Below, piece by piece: positions 20,851 to 31,389 of a stretch of 58,264 bases of DNA. Location: assembly GCA_021648625.1 (NCBI GenBank), contig JAKISK010000001.1, positions 1 to 58,264 on the forward strand, written 5' to 3'. The stretch is from Thiomicrorhabdus sp. Its GTDB lineage: Bacteria > Pseudomonadota > Gammaproteobacteria > Thiomicrospirales > Thiomicrospiraceae. The translations under genes and the position numbers were made by a program. Numbering within the stretch: the first letter of the stretch is position 1; each line of letters begins with the position of its first letter. Under the pieces are notes generated by a model, which searched no databases, was not told the DNA's origin, and saw nothing but the letters and a program-made list of their open reading frames with translations.

Positions 20851-21633
20851 ATGAAAGCAACAATGAAAAAAAATAAAAAATCTCCTTTGTTAGATAAACC
20901 TTTACGCAACCCAGGGCAATCAATAGACGAAGAAATGAATAGAATTATAGATGATGCCACAGTGGTGTATATTGTGGCCCCCATATTAGCGATTTTTTTA
21001 ACGCTACTGGAGTGGTGGAGATGGTATACAGACATGCCATATGCTCCTGTTGTACTCACTGTAATGTCTTTTATTGTTATCATTTTTTCATTTTTTAAGC
21101 TGCTCAAAATCCGCAAAAAATTGGCTAATTTAAAATTGGGTCGAGATGGCGAAAAAGCGGTAGGTCAATATCTTGAGCTAGAAAGAGAAAATGGTTATAA
21201 GGTGTTTCATGACTTGATCGGAGACGGCTTTAATGTAGATCATGTACTGATTGGTGAGCGAGGCATTTTTTCCATTGAAACGAAAACCTATTCAAAACCG
21301 AGTAAAGGAAAAACAGAAATTGTTTTTTCAGAAGAAGGGCTTTCCATTGATGGATATCCTGCATCAAATAAAATCATTATTCAAGCAAAAGCTCAAGAAA
21401 ACTGGTTAAAAACCACGATTACATCACTCACTGGAAAAGACGTTACAGTACAACCCATTGTAGTATTTCCTGGCTGGTATATTAAAAACACCAAACAACA
21501 TAAGACAAACGATGTTTGGGTGCTAAATCCAAAAGCGCTGTCTACCTTTATAAATAATAGACCCATTATTTACACAGAAGATGAAGTAAAGTTAATCGCC
21601 AATCAAATTTCAAGATATATACGCAGCTCTTAA
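20851..21633 (+). CDS. Membrane-anchored NERD (PD-(D/E)xK nuclease-related) protein
   Basis: Two TM helices then GEKAV, VFHD, NVDHVLIG..GIFSIETK, QAKAQ. Confidence 0.85.
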   Translation: MKATMKKNKKSPLLDKPLRNPGQSIDEEMNRIIDDATVVYIVAPILAIFLTLLEWWRWYTDMPYAPVVLTVMSFIVIIFSFFKLLKIRKKLANLKLGRDGEKAVGQYLELERENGYKVFHDLIGDGFNVDHVLIGERGIFSIETKTYSKPSKGKTEIVFSEEGLSIDGYPASNKIIIQAKAQENWLKTTITSLTGKDVTVQPIVVFPGWYIKNTKQHKTNDVWVLNPKALSTFINNRPIIYTEDEVKLIANQISRYIRSS

Positions 21634-21668
21634 CCTAAGTCTCTAATGGCCTTTTTAAAGGAGCGATT

Positions 21669-21860
21669 TTAAAGTTTTCTCCCCCCCTTTCTTATTAAAA
21701 TCGCTTTGTGGCTAATGCGCTTATTTTTTTTGAACGTTTCCGCGGCGGTATGCTCAATCAACGTCTTCCGCTCATCAGTCATAACGGATTTAAATTCACC
21801 AAATTCATAAGCATTTAATATTTCTTGCTCTTCTTTATCCAACTTAATTTTTTTCATCAT
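21669..21860 (-). pseudogene. Truncated antitoxin (BrnA/CopG-like)
   Basis: KLDKEEQEILNAYE.GEFKSV...FKKNKRI; the expected RHH DNA-binding C-terminus is missing. Confidence 0.65.
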
Positions 21861-21981
21861 CTCTCTCCAAATATTGTTTGGTCGCCTTTCTGCTGGGAAT
21901 TACTGTTTTGAGAAATATTTCTTGATCATTTTCAACGTAAGGCACCAAATATGCGTAATCTTCTATTGCCACAATAAACAA
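21844..21981 (-). pseudogene. C-terminal remnant of a BrnT-like toxin (not in ORF track)
   Basis: Hand translation: LFIVAIEDYAYLVPYVENDQEIFLKTVIPSRKATKQYLERDDEKN*, with an in-frame TGA just upstream; overlaps the antitoxin start. Confidence 0.7.
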
Positions 21982-22024
21982 TCATAACCTTTAAAATCAA
22001 TAAGTTAGGCAGAATGTCGCATCC

Positions 22025-22045
22025 TTTAAAGATAGCGTCCCCTTT
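22025..22045 (-). repeat. Copy C of the 22-bp repeat (21 bp), with IHF-consensus site at 21995-22007
   Basis: Reverse complement AAAGGGGACGCTATCTTTAAA; AATCAATAAGTTA fits WATCAANNNNTTR. Confidence 0.7.
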
Positions 22046-22099
22046 ATTCAGAAAGTGCATATTGCTTATTCGGACAAATCAGTCTTTAGCTAAGCTCAA

Positions 22100-25000
22100 T
22101 TAAACCAGCCCTCCCACGCCTTTAAACTTCTCAACAAACGCCGATATTTTTTGAAAAACGCCCTGTTTTTTGCTTAAATACAGCGGATTAAGGGGGCTCA
22201 TTTTAGGTAACACGGCATTGAGTTCTGTGCCATTTTCACTGGCGTATTCTCGTTTTAACGAGGCTTTAATATAACGCTTAGCCGCTTCTTTATTTAGGTT
22301 TTCATCGTTAATTAACGCTTCTGCTTCCCGTTGCTGTTCCGCCTGAGCAAAGGTAAAAAACGCTTCAATAATACTGGATTTGTCTAGGATATTATCTAAG
22401 TTGGTTTGATTAATAAAATCAACCAACAGGCTCTCTTTTGCACGGTTTCCAATACTGGCACGAATTAAACGGCGTGCTTCTTCAACCAATGCTGTTTTAT
22501 CTTTTAAATGTTTATTGTGCTCAAAAATCAATTCCAGAATGTAATCCAAATTAATCTCTTGTGATTTAAGCAGGTCTACTTCAAACACCACACCCTCCCA
22601 ATCAATGTTGGAGGCCTCTTTTTCATTGGCTGCTTTTTCACGACGAACCCAATCACGAATATCATTATAGGTAGAACGATAATCTTGAATCGTACGCTCA
22701 GTTGGTATCTCAATCGCTTGCATTGTTTGCAAATCGTCGTCGCTTAAATAATGCGTGGCTTTAAATGCCTCAACAGCATCAAGGTCATTCATATCTAAAC
22801 TTTGTACCGCTTTTAACCCCGCAAACTCATCATAGTTTTGCAGTACATTCTCAACACGCAAATACTCCCCAAATAATTTAGCAAAGTCTTTTTTATCTTT
22901 TTCTTTAACAATTTCATCTGGATTAGGGAAACGTTGTTGTAGCTCTTTCACCACCTCCAAATAACCTCGTCTGGCTTCACCTGTTGCCAGATCGGTAAAA
23001 CCTTCCATGTACTCTTTGTAGCTTTTTTCCAGCACCACATTTTTGGTATTGCTGTCACCAAATAAGGTAATCGAGTCAATGGTGGCTTGCTCTAAGTCGC
23101 GAAAAGTTACAATATTGCCAAAGGTTTTGGTGGCATCATAAATACGATTGGTGCGTGAATAGGCTTGCATTAAACCGTGGTAGCGCAGGTTTTTATCCAC
23201 AAACAACGTATTTAATGTGGGCGCATCAAAGCCCGTTAAAAACATGCCCACCACAATGAGCAAATCCACCTCTTGATTTTTTACCCGTTGAGCAAGGTCA
23301 CGATAATAGTTTTGAAACGCACTGCTCTCAACACCATAATTGGTTTTAAACATCGCGTTATAATCGCCAATGGCCGCGCTTAAAAACTCTTTGGCACTGC
23401 TCTCCATTGCCGTAAGCTCAAAACTTTCATCCTCAATCTCCCCTACGGCATTTTGTGCTTCATTGGCGGCAAAGGAGAATATGGTGGCCACTTTAAGAGG
23501 GTTATCGCTCTCTTTTTGTAAAAAATTAAACGCCTCATAATAGGCCTTAGCGGCCTCCACACTGCTCACCGCAAACATGGCATTAAAGCCTTTGCCGTTG
23601 GCTTGTAAACGATGCGTTTTTTGCCTAAAGTTCGTTAAAATATACTGCGAAATTTCTTTAATACGGTCAGGGTGCAATAACGCCTGTTTATTTTCCGCCG
23701 CGTTTAGTTTTTTCTCGTCTTGCTCGGTTTCAATCGCCTTAAACTGTGGGCGTACATCGTTGTAGTCCACTTTAAATTTCAACACTTTTTCATCGCGAAT
23801 AGCATCGGTAATTACATAAGAATGCAATTCACGCCCAAACACACTGGCGGTGGTTTCTGCCCCCAAAGCGTTTTCTGCAAAAATGGGCGTACCCGTAAAA
23901 CCAAACTGATAGAGTTTTTTAAATTTCTGCTTTAAGTTTTTTTGTGCCTCACCAAATTGACTGCGGTGCGCTTCATCAAAAATAAACACAATTTGCTTGT
24001 TGTAGATGGGCAAATCGCTTTCACTTTTCATTAAATTATTCAGTTTTTGAATGGTGGTCACAATAATTTTATTGTCATCTTTATCCAAATTACGCTTAAG
24101 CCCTGCCGTACTGTCCGACCCATTTACACTGTCGGGCGAAAAGCGTTGGTACTCTTTCATGGTTTGATAATCCAGGTCTTTACGATCCACCACAAAAAAC
24201 ACCTTATCAATAAATTCCAGCTCCGTTGCCAAGCGTGCCGCCTTAAAACTGGTTAACGTTTTACCCGAACCCGTGGTATGCCAAATATAGCCACCACTCT
24301 CAGGTTTGCTCCAGTTTTTGGCTTGATAAGCACTGTTTATTTTCTGTAAAATACGCTCGGTGGCGGCAATTTGATAAGGGCGCATCACCAACAACGTATC
24401 GTTCACATCAAATACCGAATAATGCAACAGCACATTTAACAGTGTATTTTTTTGAAAAAAGGTGGTGGTAAAATCTTTTAAGTCTTTAATTAAACTGTTA
24501 TCCGATTTTGCCCAATTCATCGTAAAATCAAAACTGTTTTTATCGCGCCCAGTGGTATTGGCAAAATAACGGCTATCGGTACCGTTTGAAATCACAAAAA
24601 GCTGTACATATTTAAACAGCGAGTGCTCAGTGTTAAAACTCTCTTTGCTGTAGCGGTGTACTTGATTAAACGCTTCACGAATCGCAACCCCGCGTTTTTT
24701 TAGCTCAATATGCACCAACGGCAAGCCATTGACTAAAACCGTCACATCGTAACGATTCGCCTGCGTGCCAGCTTGCTCAAACTGCCTAATTACCTGCACT
24801 TTATTGTGAGCAATGTTCTTTTTATCCAACAAGTAAATGTTTTGAATGTGCCCATCATCAAACACAAAATCATGAATATAATCGGTATGAATTTTACGGG
24901 TTTTGTCTATCCGATTATCACTTGGCTTATCTAAATATACCTCAACAAAGCGCAGCCATTCTGTATCTAAAAACCGTACCTTATTGAGCGTTTGTAACTG

Positions 25001-25198
25001 CTCACGCACGTTAGCAAGCATTTTTTCAGGCGTGTTTAACTCGGGCAAATACTCATACCCTTGATTTTTTAAATCGGTAATAAACTCACGCTCTAAATCG
25101 TATTCGCTTTGATAGGCTTCACTGATTTGTGGACACTTGGTGTATTTATCCAACACAATAAAGTGGTTTGATTCGGCGATGGTTTTATACTCAGTCAT
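22100..25198 (-). CDS. hsdR: Type I restriction endonuclease subunit R (type IC, EcoR124/EcoprrI-like)
   Basis: RYDV...IELK nuclease, [32 protein letters not shown]. Confidence 0.96.
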   Translation of the reverse strand: MTEYKTIAESNHFIVLDKYTKCPQISEAYQSEYDLEREFITDLKNQGYEYLPELNTPEKMLANVREQLQTLNKVRFLDTEWLRFVEVYLDKPSDNRIDKTRKIHTDYIHDFVFDDGHIQNIYLLDKKNIAHNKVQVIRQFEQAGTQANRYDVTVLVNGLPLVHIELKKRGVAIREAFNQVHRYSKESFNTEHSLFKYVQLFVISNGTDSRYFANTTGRDKNSFDFTMNWAKSDNSLIKDLKDFTTTFFQKNTLLNVLLHYSVFDVNDTLLVMRPYQIAATERILQKINSAYQAKNWSKPESGGYIWHTTGSGKTLTSFKAARLATELEFIDKVFFVVDRKDLDYQTMKEYQRFSPDSVNGSDSTAGLKRNLDKDDNKIIVTTIQKLNNLMKSESDLPIYNKQIVFIFDEAHRSQFGEAQKNLKQKFKKLYQFGFTGTPIFAENALGAETTASVFGRELHSYVITDAIRDEKVLKFKVDYNDVRPQFKAIETEQDEKKLNAAENKQALLHPDRIKEISQYILTNFRQKTHRLQANGKGFNAMFAVSSVEAAKAYYEAFNFLQKESDNPLKVATIFSFAANEAQNAVGEIEDESFELTAMESSAKEFLSAAIGDYNAMFKTNYGVESSAFQNYYRDLAQRVKNQEVDLLIVVGMFLTGFDAPTLNTLFVDKNLRYHGLMQAYSRTNRIYDATKTFGNIVTFRDLEQATIDSITLFGDSNTKNVVLEKSYKEYMEGFTDLATGEARRGYLEVVKELQQRFPNPDEIVKEKDKKDFAKLFGEYLRVENVLQNYDEFAGLKAVQSLDMNDLDAVEAFKATHYLSDDDLQTMQAIEIPTERTIQDYRSTYNDIRDWVRREKAANEKEASNIDWEGVVFEVDLLKSQEINLDYILELIFEHNKHLKDKTALVEEARRLIRASIGNRAKESLLVDFINQTNLDNILDKSSIIEAFFTFAQAEQQREAEALINDENLNKEAAKRYIKASLKREYASENGTELNAVLPKMSPLNPLYLSKKQGVFQKISAFVEKFKGVGGLV

Positions 25199-26205
25199 TC
25201 GTTTGGCTCCAAACATCCATTTTCAGTAAGCTCATGTAATTTTTTCTTAAGTTGTTTTTTATCAGGCAGCTGTAATTCATATTGCGCCACCATGGTAGGC
25301 GATAAGTTGCGCGACAGTGCGTATTCTACAACTTCGTCATCTTTATCTCTGCAAAGTAATACGCCAATACTTGGATTTTCATGCGGTTTTTTAACATCAC
25401 GATCCAACGCTTCAAGGTAAAAATTTAACTGTCCCAAATGCTCGGGGCTAAATTTTCCAATTTTTAATTCAAATGCCACTAAAGCCGATAAACCACGATG
25501 AAAAAAGAGCAGATCAATAAAGAAATCCTGATTGCCTACTTGCAGGCGATACTCTTCGCCCACAAAAATAAAATCACCCCCCAGTTCAAGAATAAAGCAC
25601 TTCATATTCTCAATTAAAGCTTTTTGCAAATGGCTTTCAGCGTGCTGCTTTGGCAAGCCCAAAAACTCCAATACATAATTATCTTTTAATGTGTTGTGAA
25701 TGTTTGGGTGCAATTCTCTCAGCACTGCTGAGAGTTTTTGATTGCCGAGCTCTGCACGTTCAAAGTGAGAGGCACTAATTTGACGGTCTAGCTCTCTGGA
25801 TGAGTACCCTTCCTTTATGGATAATTTTAAATAATACTCCCGCTCATCTGCTGACTTACAGCGTGAAAAAATAATGGTGTTGTGTGTCCAAGGTAATTCT
25901 CTTACCAGTGGTGAGAGTTTTTTATCGCTATGGTAGGTTTCAAAAAACTGCTTCATTCGCCATAGGTTTTTATCGCTAAAGCCTTTAATTTCTGGGGCTT
26001 GTTGTGCAATGTAAAGCGCTAACTCTTTCACAACAGCCTTGCCCCACTCTTGCGAGTTTACTTTCTGGCTAATGAATTGCCCAAGCTGCCAATAAAGGTC
26101 GATTAAGGCGGTATTGATCTGAGTAAACACTTTTTGACGCGCGTGTTGAATCTGTTTTAATACATCAGAAAACGCTTGCTGATTATGTAGAACAGGTTTA
26201 GTCAT
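25195..26205 (-). CDS. YhcG/DUF1016 PD-(D/E)xK nuclease-like protein
   Basis: [51 protein letters not shown]. Confidence 0.92.
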   Translation of the reverse strand: MTKPVLHNQQAFSDVLKQIQHARQKVFTQINTALIDLYWQLGQFISQKVNSQEWGKAVVKELALYIAQQAPEIKGFSDKNLWRMKQFFETYHSDKKLSPLVRELPWTHNTIIFSRCKSADEREYYLKLSIKEGYSSRELDRQISASHFERAELGNQKLSAVLRELHPNIHNTLKDNYVLEFLGLPKQHAESHLQKALIENMKCFILELGGDFIFVGEEYRLQVGNQDFFIDLLFFHRGLSALVAFELKIGKFSPEHLGQLNFYLEALDRDVKKPHENPSIGVLLCRDKDDEVVEYALSRNLSPTMVAQYELQLPDKKQLKKKLHELTENGCLEPNE

Positions 26206-27352
26206 TTTGTTCTCCCTGCTGCCAATAACCATAGTTGTTTACTAAATTATCCAGTAAAAATTTAACAGTTTGCTTCTCTGGTTCGCTTGGCTCTGCAATT
26301 TCCTCATTAGACAAAGTGGAATGACTCGTAAATTGAATAATGCGGTATAAATAGACTTGTTTATCGTCAGGTAAAAGCTCTGACCACTTACGGTATCCTA
26401 AAAAACTTGCTGTTTTTTCATACAAATTACGTAATAGCGTAAAGTGATATTTTTGTACTTGATTTTCAGCTATCGCTTGCTCGATAATTTGCCTTAAGTG
26501 TAAATGGTAAGAAAAGCTCCTATTGGAATCACCGTACTTAACATTCAGATTAAAAGTGCCATCACTAAAACGTTCGAGTAAATAGCACCCTTCTTTTTTA
26601 TTGCCATTGTTAAGACCCAGTTCATTATGAAGCACATTATAAAATAGTGGATTATGCGAGGTGACAATAAACTGTAATCCTCGCCCATTATTAAAATCAC
26701 TAGATTTGATTAACGCGGCTAAATCAACGGCTAACTGAATTAAATGGTTATCATCTAAGGAGCTAACGGGGTCATCAATAAATACATATTCGAGTTGATT
26801 AAACTGATCGGTTTCTCGTTCACTGACCTCAGGTTCCTTGAGAATAGTAACCACTTGCTCCAGCAGAGTATAAAAAATGCTCCAGAGAAAGTTGCTCTCT
26901 TCACCTTTTGAAATTTTTATATTGCCTGAATGCTCATCCGTACCACGCTCTAGCGAGAACGTTACCTCCGTAAAACTTTCATTAAATTTTGGCGTAAGTT
27001 TATCATTTGCGTAGCGTTGAAAATTGACAATGATATTTCCATCTTGTCCTTGATCTTCAAGCACCCATTGCGTGAAAGAATTAGGTTGTATTTCTAACTT
27101 CGGCTCGGCATCAAACTCTAAATCATTATCCCAAGAAAACAGATCCTCCGTAAATGCATTGTAATAAAGGATTTTTGTGCGAGCTAACTCGGTTTGCTCT
27201 ACCCCGTCATCACTGTCAGTTTTTGGTGCAATTAACTCTTTAAATTCGCGTGAAAGCCGAGTTTTTCCCGTGCCATTGAACGCATAAATCAATTGAACTT
27301 TTTTATTAGAACTTTTGAGTTGCTGTGCAATTTCCGTTAACGACTTCCCCAT
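26198..27352 (-). CDS. prrC: PrrC-like anticodon nuclease (ABC ATPase plus HEPN)
   Basis: Walker [38 protein letters not shown]; LRNLYEK and RIIQFTSH; located between hsdS and hsdR. Confidence 0.88.
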   Translation of the reverse strand: MGKSLTEIAQQLKSSNKKVQLIYAFNGTGKTRLSREFKELIAPKTDSDDGVEQTELARTKILYYNAFTEDLFSWDNDLEFDAEPKLEIQPNSFTQWVLEDQGQDGNIIVNFQRYANDKLTPKFNESFTEVTFSLERGTDEHSGNIKISKGEESNFLWSIFYTLLEQVVTILKEPEVSERETDQFNQLEYVFIDDPVSSLDDNHLIQLAVDLAALIKSSDFNNGRGLQFIVTSHNPLFYNVLHNELGLNNGNKKEGCYLLERFSDGTFNLNVKYGDSNRSFSYHLHLRQIIEQAIAENQVQKYHFTLLRNLYEKTASFLGYRKWSELLPDDKQVYLYRIIQFTSHSTLSNEEIAEPSEPEKQTVKFLLDNLVNNYGYWQQGEQND

Positions 27353-27353
27353 A

Positions 27354-28571
27354 CTATGTCTCACCTTTTACTTTAGGAAAACTCAACAACAAGTCACGAT
27401 AATATTCATATTGCTGTTGGCGTAATTCAATTTCACGCGGTAATCCTTCGCTGATGGAATGGGTTAGGGCATCGAATTTGTCTAGGATGGCGACGATGCG
27501 GGCTTGTTCGGCAGGACTTGGGACAGGAAAGTAGTATTCCATTATTTTAGCTTTATTCCCACGTGGCATCTTTGCGCCTTTAGCATGTTGCATGTTGTAT
27601 TCAAAGAATCTTTCGTCAGCCAAAACCTGATATAAATACCTTGGATTTACTTCTTTATCAGTAAGGTGAATAACAAGCACATCACCATTTGTTCCTCCAA
27701 CACGATCGGCGTGCCATATTTTTTTTAAATAAGGGCGAATATTGCCGATTAAAATATCATTGTCTCGATATCCTGTTAAATTACCTTTTATTGGCACACG
27801 ATTAGATTCTTTTTTCCCTGCTCGATTTTGCAAGAGATTATCAACACCAACATAATTTGTTTTATCAAGCTGATCAAAGCTAATTCGAGTTTTTGAATAT
27901 TCTGCCACTTCCCCCAAACTCTTCCACTCCACTTTCCCCTCTTCAAAGCTTAATAATTGGTCGCGATAGTAGTTGTATTGTTTTTTGCGGGCGGTAAGCT
28001 CGGCGGTAAGCTCGGCGGTAAGCTTGGTAAAGGTGTCCAAAATACGGACGATTTTTGTTTGAATCTTTAATGATTTTTCTGGGTTGTCTGGGCATGGGAT
28101 GGGGATTTGGATCTCGAGCATTTTTTCTTTTGTTAGTTTTGCTCTACCACCACCCGATAAATATGGAGTAAAATTAACAATTCGCAAATAGTGATACAGG
28201 TACCTTGTACTTAACCCTGTTTTCCCACACACAACGTGCACATGATTATTAGCCCAAAATTTTCCTGTTGTATATTGAATAGAATAATTTTCGAGACTTG
28301 CCGTTCCGTCCTCTGCTATTAACACAAACTCGCCATCATGCGTATGGCCTTCGACATAATCTTGAATATTATTTGCTCCATAATACGGCGTTTTTCCAGG
28401 TAAACGTAACGAAGCTTTTACTGGCTTTCTTCCTCTGTTTGCCACTTCAACAAAATTCTCATCCCCCAAAGCCTTCCACTCAACCTGTCTGCCCGACAGG
28501 CAGGCCTCAACCCCACCTGCCTGATCGGCAGACAGGTCCAGTAATTTTTTCATAAAGTCTGCGTGTTTCAT
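27354..28571 (-). CDS. hsdS: Type I R-M specificity subunit (type IC)
   Basis: Two TRDs, [16 protein letters not shown] repeats, [19 protein letters not shown]. Confidence 0.95.
   Translation of the reverse strand: MKHADFMKKLLDLSADQAGGVEACLSGRQVEWKALGDENFVEVANRGRKPVKASLRLPGKTPYYGANNIQDYVEGHTHDGEFVLIAEDGTASLENYSIQYTTGKFWANNHVHVVCGKTGLSTRYLYHYLRIVNFTPYLSGGGRAKLTKEKMLEIQIPIPCPDNPEKSLKIQTKIVRILDTFTKLTAELTAELTARKKQYNYYRDQLLSFEEGKVEWKSLGEVAEYSKTRISFDQLDKTNYVGVDNLLQNRAGKKESNRVPIKGNLTGYRDNDILIGNIRPYLKKIWHADRVGGTNGDVLVIHLTDKEVNPRYLYQVLADERFFEYNMQHAKGAKMPRGNKAKIMEYYFPVPSPAEQARIVAILDKFDALTHSISEGLPREIELRQQQYEYYRDLLLSFPKVKGET
27991..28024. repeat. 12-bp tandem repeat encoding TAEL in the HsdS spacer
   Basis: GCGGTAAGCTCG x2 plus GCGGTAAGCT. 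Confidence 0.9.
28484..28504 (+). repeat. 21-bp palindromic element inserted in frame in hsdS
   Basis: CCTGTCTG-CCCGA-CAGGCAGG; adds 7 codons (ACLSGRQ). Confidence 0.85.
28516..28536 (-). repeat. Second 21-bp palindromic element inserted in frame in hsdS
   Basis: Minus strand CCTGTCTG-CCGAT-CAGGCAGG; adds 7 codons (LSADQAG). Confidence 0.85.
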
Positions 28572-29614
28572 GCTTTACCGCCTTTTTTATCAGAGGTGTC
28601 AATCTGCTTCACGACCCTATCAAAATCGGATTCGTACAATCTATCCTGCACAATACGATATTTCTCAAATTCGCTTATCGCATGAGCTTTGGCGATTTCG
28701 GCGCTAACTTTGCCAGTGTCTTGCAACACGTCCCGATCGGTTGCAGCAATAAAACGATTTAGCCGTTGTTCCCAGTCAGCCATGGTTAATGGTATGTTTC
28801 TGAGTGCCATATCTTCAGCAATATCCAGATAGGCACTCACTAGCCTTTGTAGTTGAGCAATTTCATGGTTGCTTAGGTAATTTTTTGCAACACTGACATC
28901 AAACCTTTGAATCTTGCCTTCGGGGGCGTCTTTCCATGAAGTTAAGCCCATATCTGTTTTTTCGGCATTGGCACGGGTGTATACCACTTCGGCGGCGGTT
29001 TGCCCGTGAATCGCCCAGTGTAGTTTATTTTGTACCGTAGCAAAGAAACGCTTGGTGACGCTGGCGGTTACATCGTAATCAATAGCGGTTGCGTAGATGT
29101 CGGTGATTTTTTGGTAAAATTTGCGTTCGCTAAGCCGTATGTCACGAATGCGTTCAAGTTGTTCTTCAAAATATTTTTTGCCGAGGATAGATCCCTCATT
29201 TTTCATACGTTCATCGTCCATCACATAGGCTTTGATGGTGTATTCCTTAATAATACCTGTTGCCCATTTTCGAAACTGCACTGCACGTTCAGAGTTCACC
29301 TTATAGCCCACAGCAATGATGGCAGAAAGGTTGTAGTGCTTGGTGTTATAGCTTTTGCCATCTTTAGCAGTTATTCGAAAATCTCGAATAACTGCGTCCT
29401 CTTCCAGTTCACTGTCTGTGAACATTTTTTTCAGGTGGTAATTAATGGTATGGGTTTCGACATCATACAAAACGCCTATCATTTTTTGGCTGAGCCATAC
29501 GTTTTCGTCGGCATAAACAGCCTCAACACCGCCCTCTCCACTGGCTGCAACAAAACTAAGGTACTCTGCTGCGGATGAGCGAATAATGGGCACTGATTCT
29601 TTCTTTTGGTTCAT
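28568..29614 (-). CDS. RhuM-family protein inside the hsd operon
   Basis: [52 protein letters not shown]. Confidence 0.92.
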   Translation of the reverse strand: MNQKKESVPIIRSSAAEYLSFVAASGEGGVEAVYADENVWLSQKMIGVLYDVETHTINYHLKKMFTDSELEEDAVIRDFRITAKDGKSYNTKHYNLSAIIAVGYKVNSERAVQFRKWATGIIKEYTIKAYVMDDERMKNEGSILGKKYFEEQLERIRDIRLSERKFYQKITDIYATAIDYDVTASVTKRFFATVQNKLHWAIHGQTAAEVVYTRANAEKTDMGLTSWKDAPEGKIQRFDVSVAKNYLSNHEIAQLQRLVSAYLDIAEDMALRNIPLTMADWEQRLNRFIAATDRDVLQDTGKVSAEIAKAHAISEFEKYRIVQDRLYESDFDRVVKQIDTSDKKGGKA

Positions 29615-31182
29615 GCTTTCGCACCCTCAATCTCCGCCACAATGGCATCAATCTCGTTGCGTAGCTGGTCAATTTTGGTAACCGTAATTTTTAACTCGGA
29701 ATTGAGCTGGGTTATATCAATCACTTCGCGGGTGTCTTCTGCCTCAACATAGGCACTTACTGATAGGTTGTAGTCATTTTTGGCAATGGCGTCATGTTCG
29801 ATGGATTGAGAAAGATAGTCGACATCGTCTTTATTGTCGAACATGGCCATGATTTGCTGAATATGCCCCGGACTTTTTACATCGTCATCGTCAGTCAGTA
29901 CGTTGTTATTGGTTTCTTTTTTAAACAGACCACTGGCATCAATAAACTGGGTGCGGGTGTCGGTTTTGTGTTTAGACAGTACAAGGATATTCACCGCAAT
30001 GGAAGTGCCAAAAAACAGATTAGGCGCAAGTGAAATGATGGTTTCGATGTAGTTGTTGTCCACCAAGTATTTGCGAATTTTTTGCTCCGCTCCACCACGG
30101 TAAAAAATACCAGGAAAGCAGACAATTGCCGCTCGTCCTTTACTCGACAAATAGCTTAACGCGTGTAACACAAACGCAAAGTCGGCTTTAGATTTGGGGG
30201 CTAACACGCCTGCGGGGGCAAAGCGTTCGTCATTAATGAGGGTGGGGTCGTCTTTGCCAATCCACTTTACGGAGTAAGGTGGGTTGGAGACGATTGCATC
30301 AAAAGGTTTGTCGTCGCCAAAATGCGGGGCTAACAAGGTGTTACCAAGCGCCATATTAAATTTGTCGTAATTTATGTTGTGCAAAAACATATTCATACGT
30401 GCCAAGTTGTAAGTGGTGTGGTTGATCTCCTGCCCCCAAAAACCATCTTCAATAATGTGGGCATCAAAGTGTTTTTTGGCTTGCAATAGCAACGAACCTG
30501 AGCCGCAAGCTGGGTCGTAAATTTTATTGACTTTGTCTTGCTTGTGCATCGCCAACTGGGCAATAAGCTTGGAGACACTTTGCGGGGTAAAAAACTCACC
30601 CCCTGATTTACCTGCATTGGCGGCGTAGTTTGAAATTAAAAATTCGTAGGCATCGCCAAACAGGTCGATTTGATTGTCCTGAAACTTGCCAAAACCAAGC
30701 CCTGCCACACCTTTTAGTACCGCGGCTAAGCGCGTATTTTTATCGACCACGGTATTACCCAAACGGTTGCTGGTGGTATCAAAGTCGGCAAACAAGCCTT
30801 TGATGTCGGGTTCAGATGGGTAGCCGTTGGCGGAGCTTTCTATGGCGGAAAATATGGCGGCTAAATCGGTATTTAGGTTGGGGTTATTATGAGCGTTCTC
30901 GGTGACATTGGCAAACAGTTGGCTGGGGTAAATAAAGTACCCTTTGGTTTTTATGGCATCGTCTTTAATTTCTGCGGTAATCACATTATCATCAAGTTCT
31001 GCGTAATGAACATTTTCATCACCGCCTTCAATGTAACTGGAAAAGTTTTCACTGATAAAACGATAGAATAACGTGCCTAATACATATTGCTTAAAGTCCC
31101 AACCATCAACGGAACCACGAACCTCGTTCGCAATTTGCCAAATTTGGCGCTGTAGTTCGGCACGTTGTTGAGTGCTTGTCAT
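29611..31182 (-). CDS. hsdM: Type I R-M methyltransferase
   Basis: [22 protein letters not shown]. Confidence 0.97.
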   Translation of the reverse strand: MTSTQQRAELQRQIWQIANEVRGSVDGWDFKQYVLGTLFYRFISENFSSYIEGGDENVHYAELDDNVITAEIKDDAIKTKGYFIYPSQLFANVTENAHNNPNLNTDLAAIFSAIESSANGYPSEPDIKGLFADFDTTSNRLGNTVVDKNTRLAAVLKGVAGLGFGKFQDNQIDLFGDAYEFLISNYAANAGKSGGEFFTPQSVSKLIAQLAMHKQDKVNKIYDPACGSGSLLLQAKKHFDAHIIEDGFWGQEINHTTYNLARMNMFLHNINYDKFNMALGNTLLAPHFGDDKPFDAIVSNPPYSVKWIGKDDPTLINDERFAPAGVLAPKSKADFAFVLHALSYLSSKGRAAIVCFPGIFYRGGAEQKIRKYLVDNNYIETIISLAPNLFFGTSIAVNILVLSKHKTDTRTQFIDASGLFKKETNNNVLTDDDDVKSPGHIQQIMAMFDNKDDVDYLSQSIEHDAIAKNDYNLSVSAYVEAEDTREVIDITQLNSELKITVTKIDQLRNEIDAIVAEIEGAKA

Positions 31183-31316
31183 GATAAAATTCCTGTTTAA
31201 ATCTATTTACTGAGCAGTTACTGCAATTAAGTGGCTGTTTGAAATAACCATTTTTAAAATTCGCTAAAAATTCTCCCCCCCCCCTATCAATCAGTTTAAG
31301 CACCAAACAATCCTAT

Positions 31317-31357
31317 AAAAAAGCCCCGTTTACTTTGAAAGTAAACGGGGCTTTTTT
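31317..31357. terminator. Strong intrinsic terminator downstream of lpdA
   Basis: AAAAAAGCCCCGTTTACTTT-G-AAAGTAAACGGGGCTTTTTT perfect inverted repeat. Confidence 0.9.
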
Positions 31358-31389
31358 AATGAAACATTAAAGATTAAGTACTCTTACTC

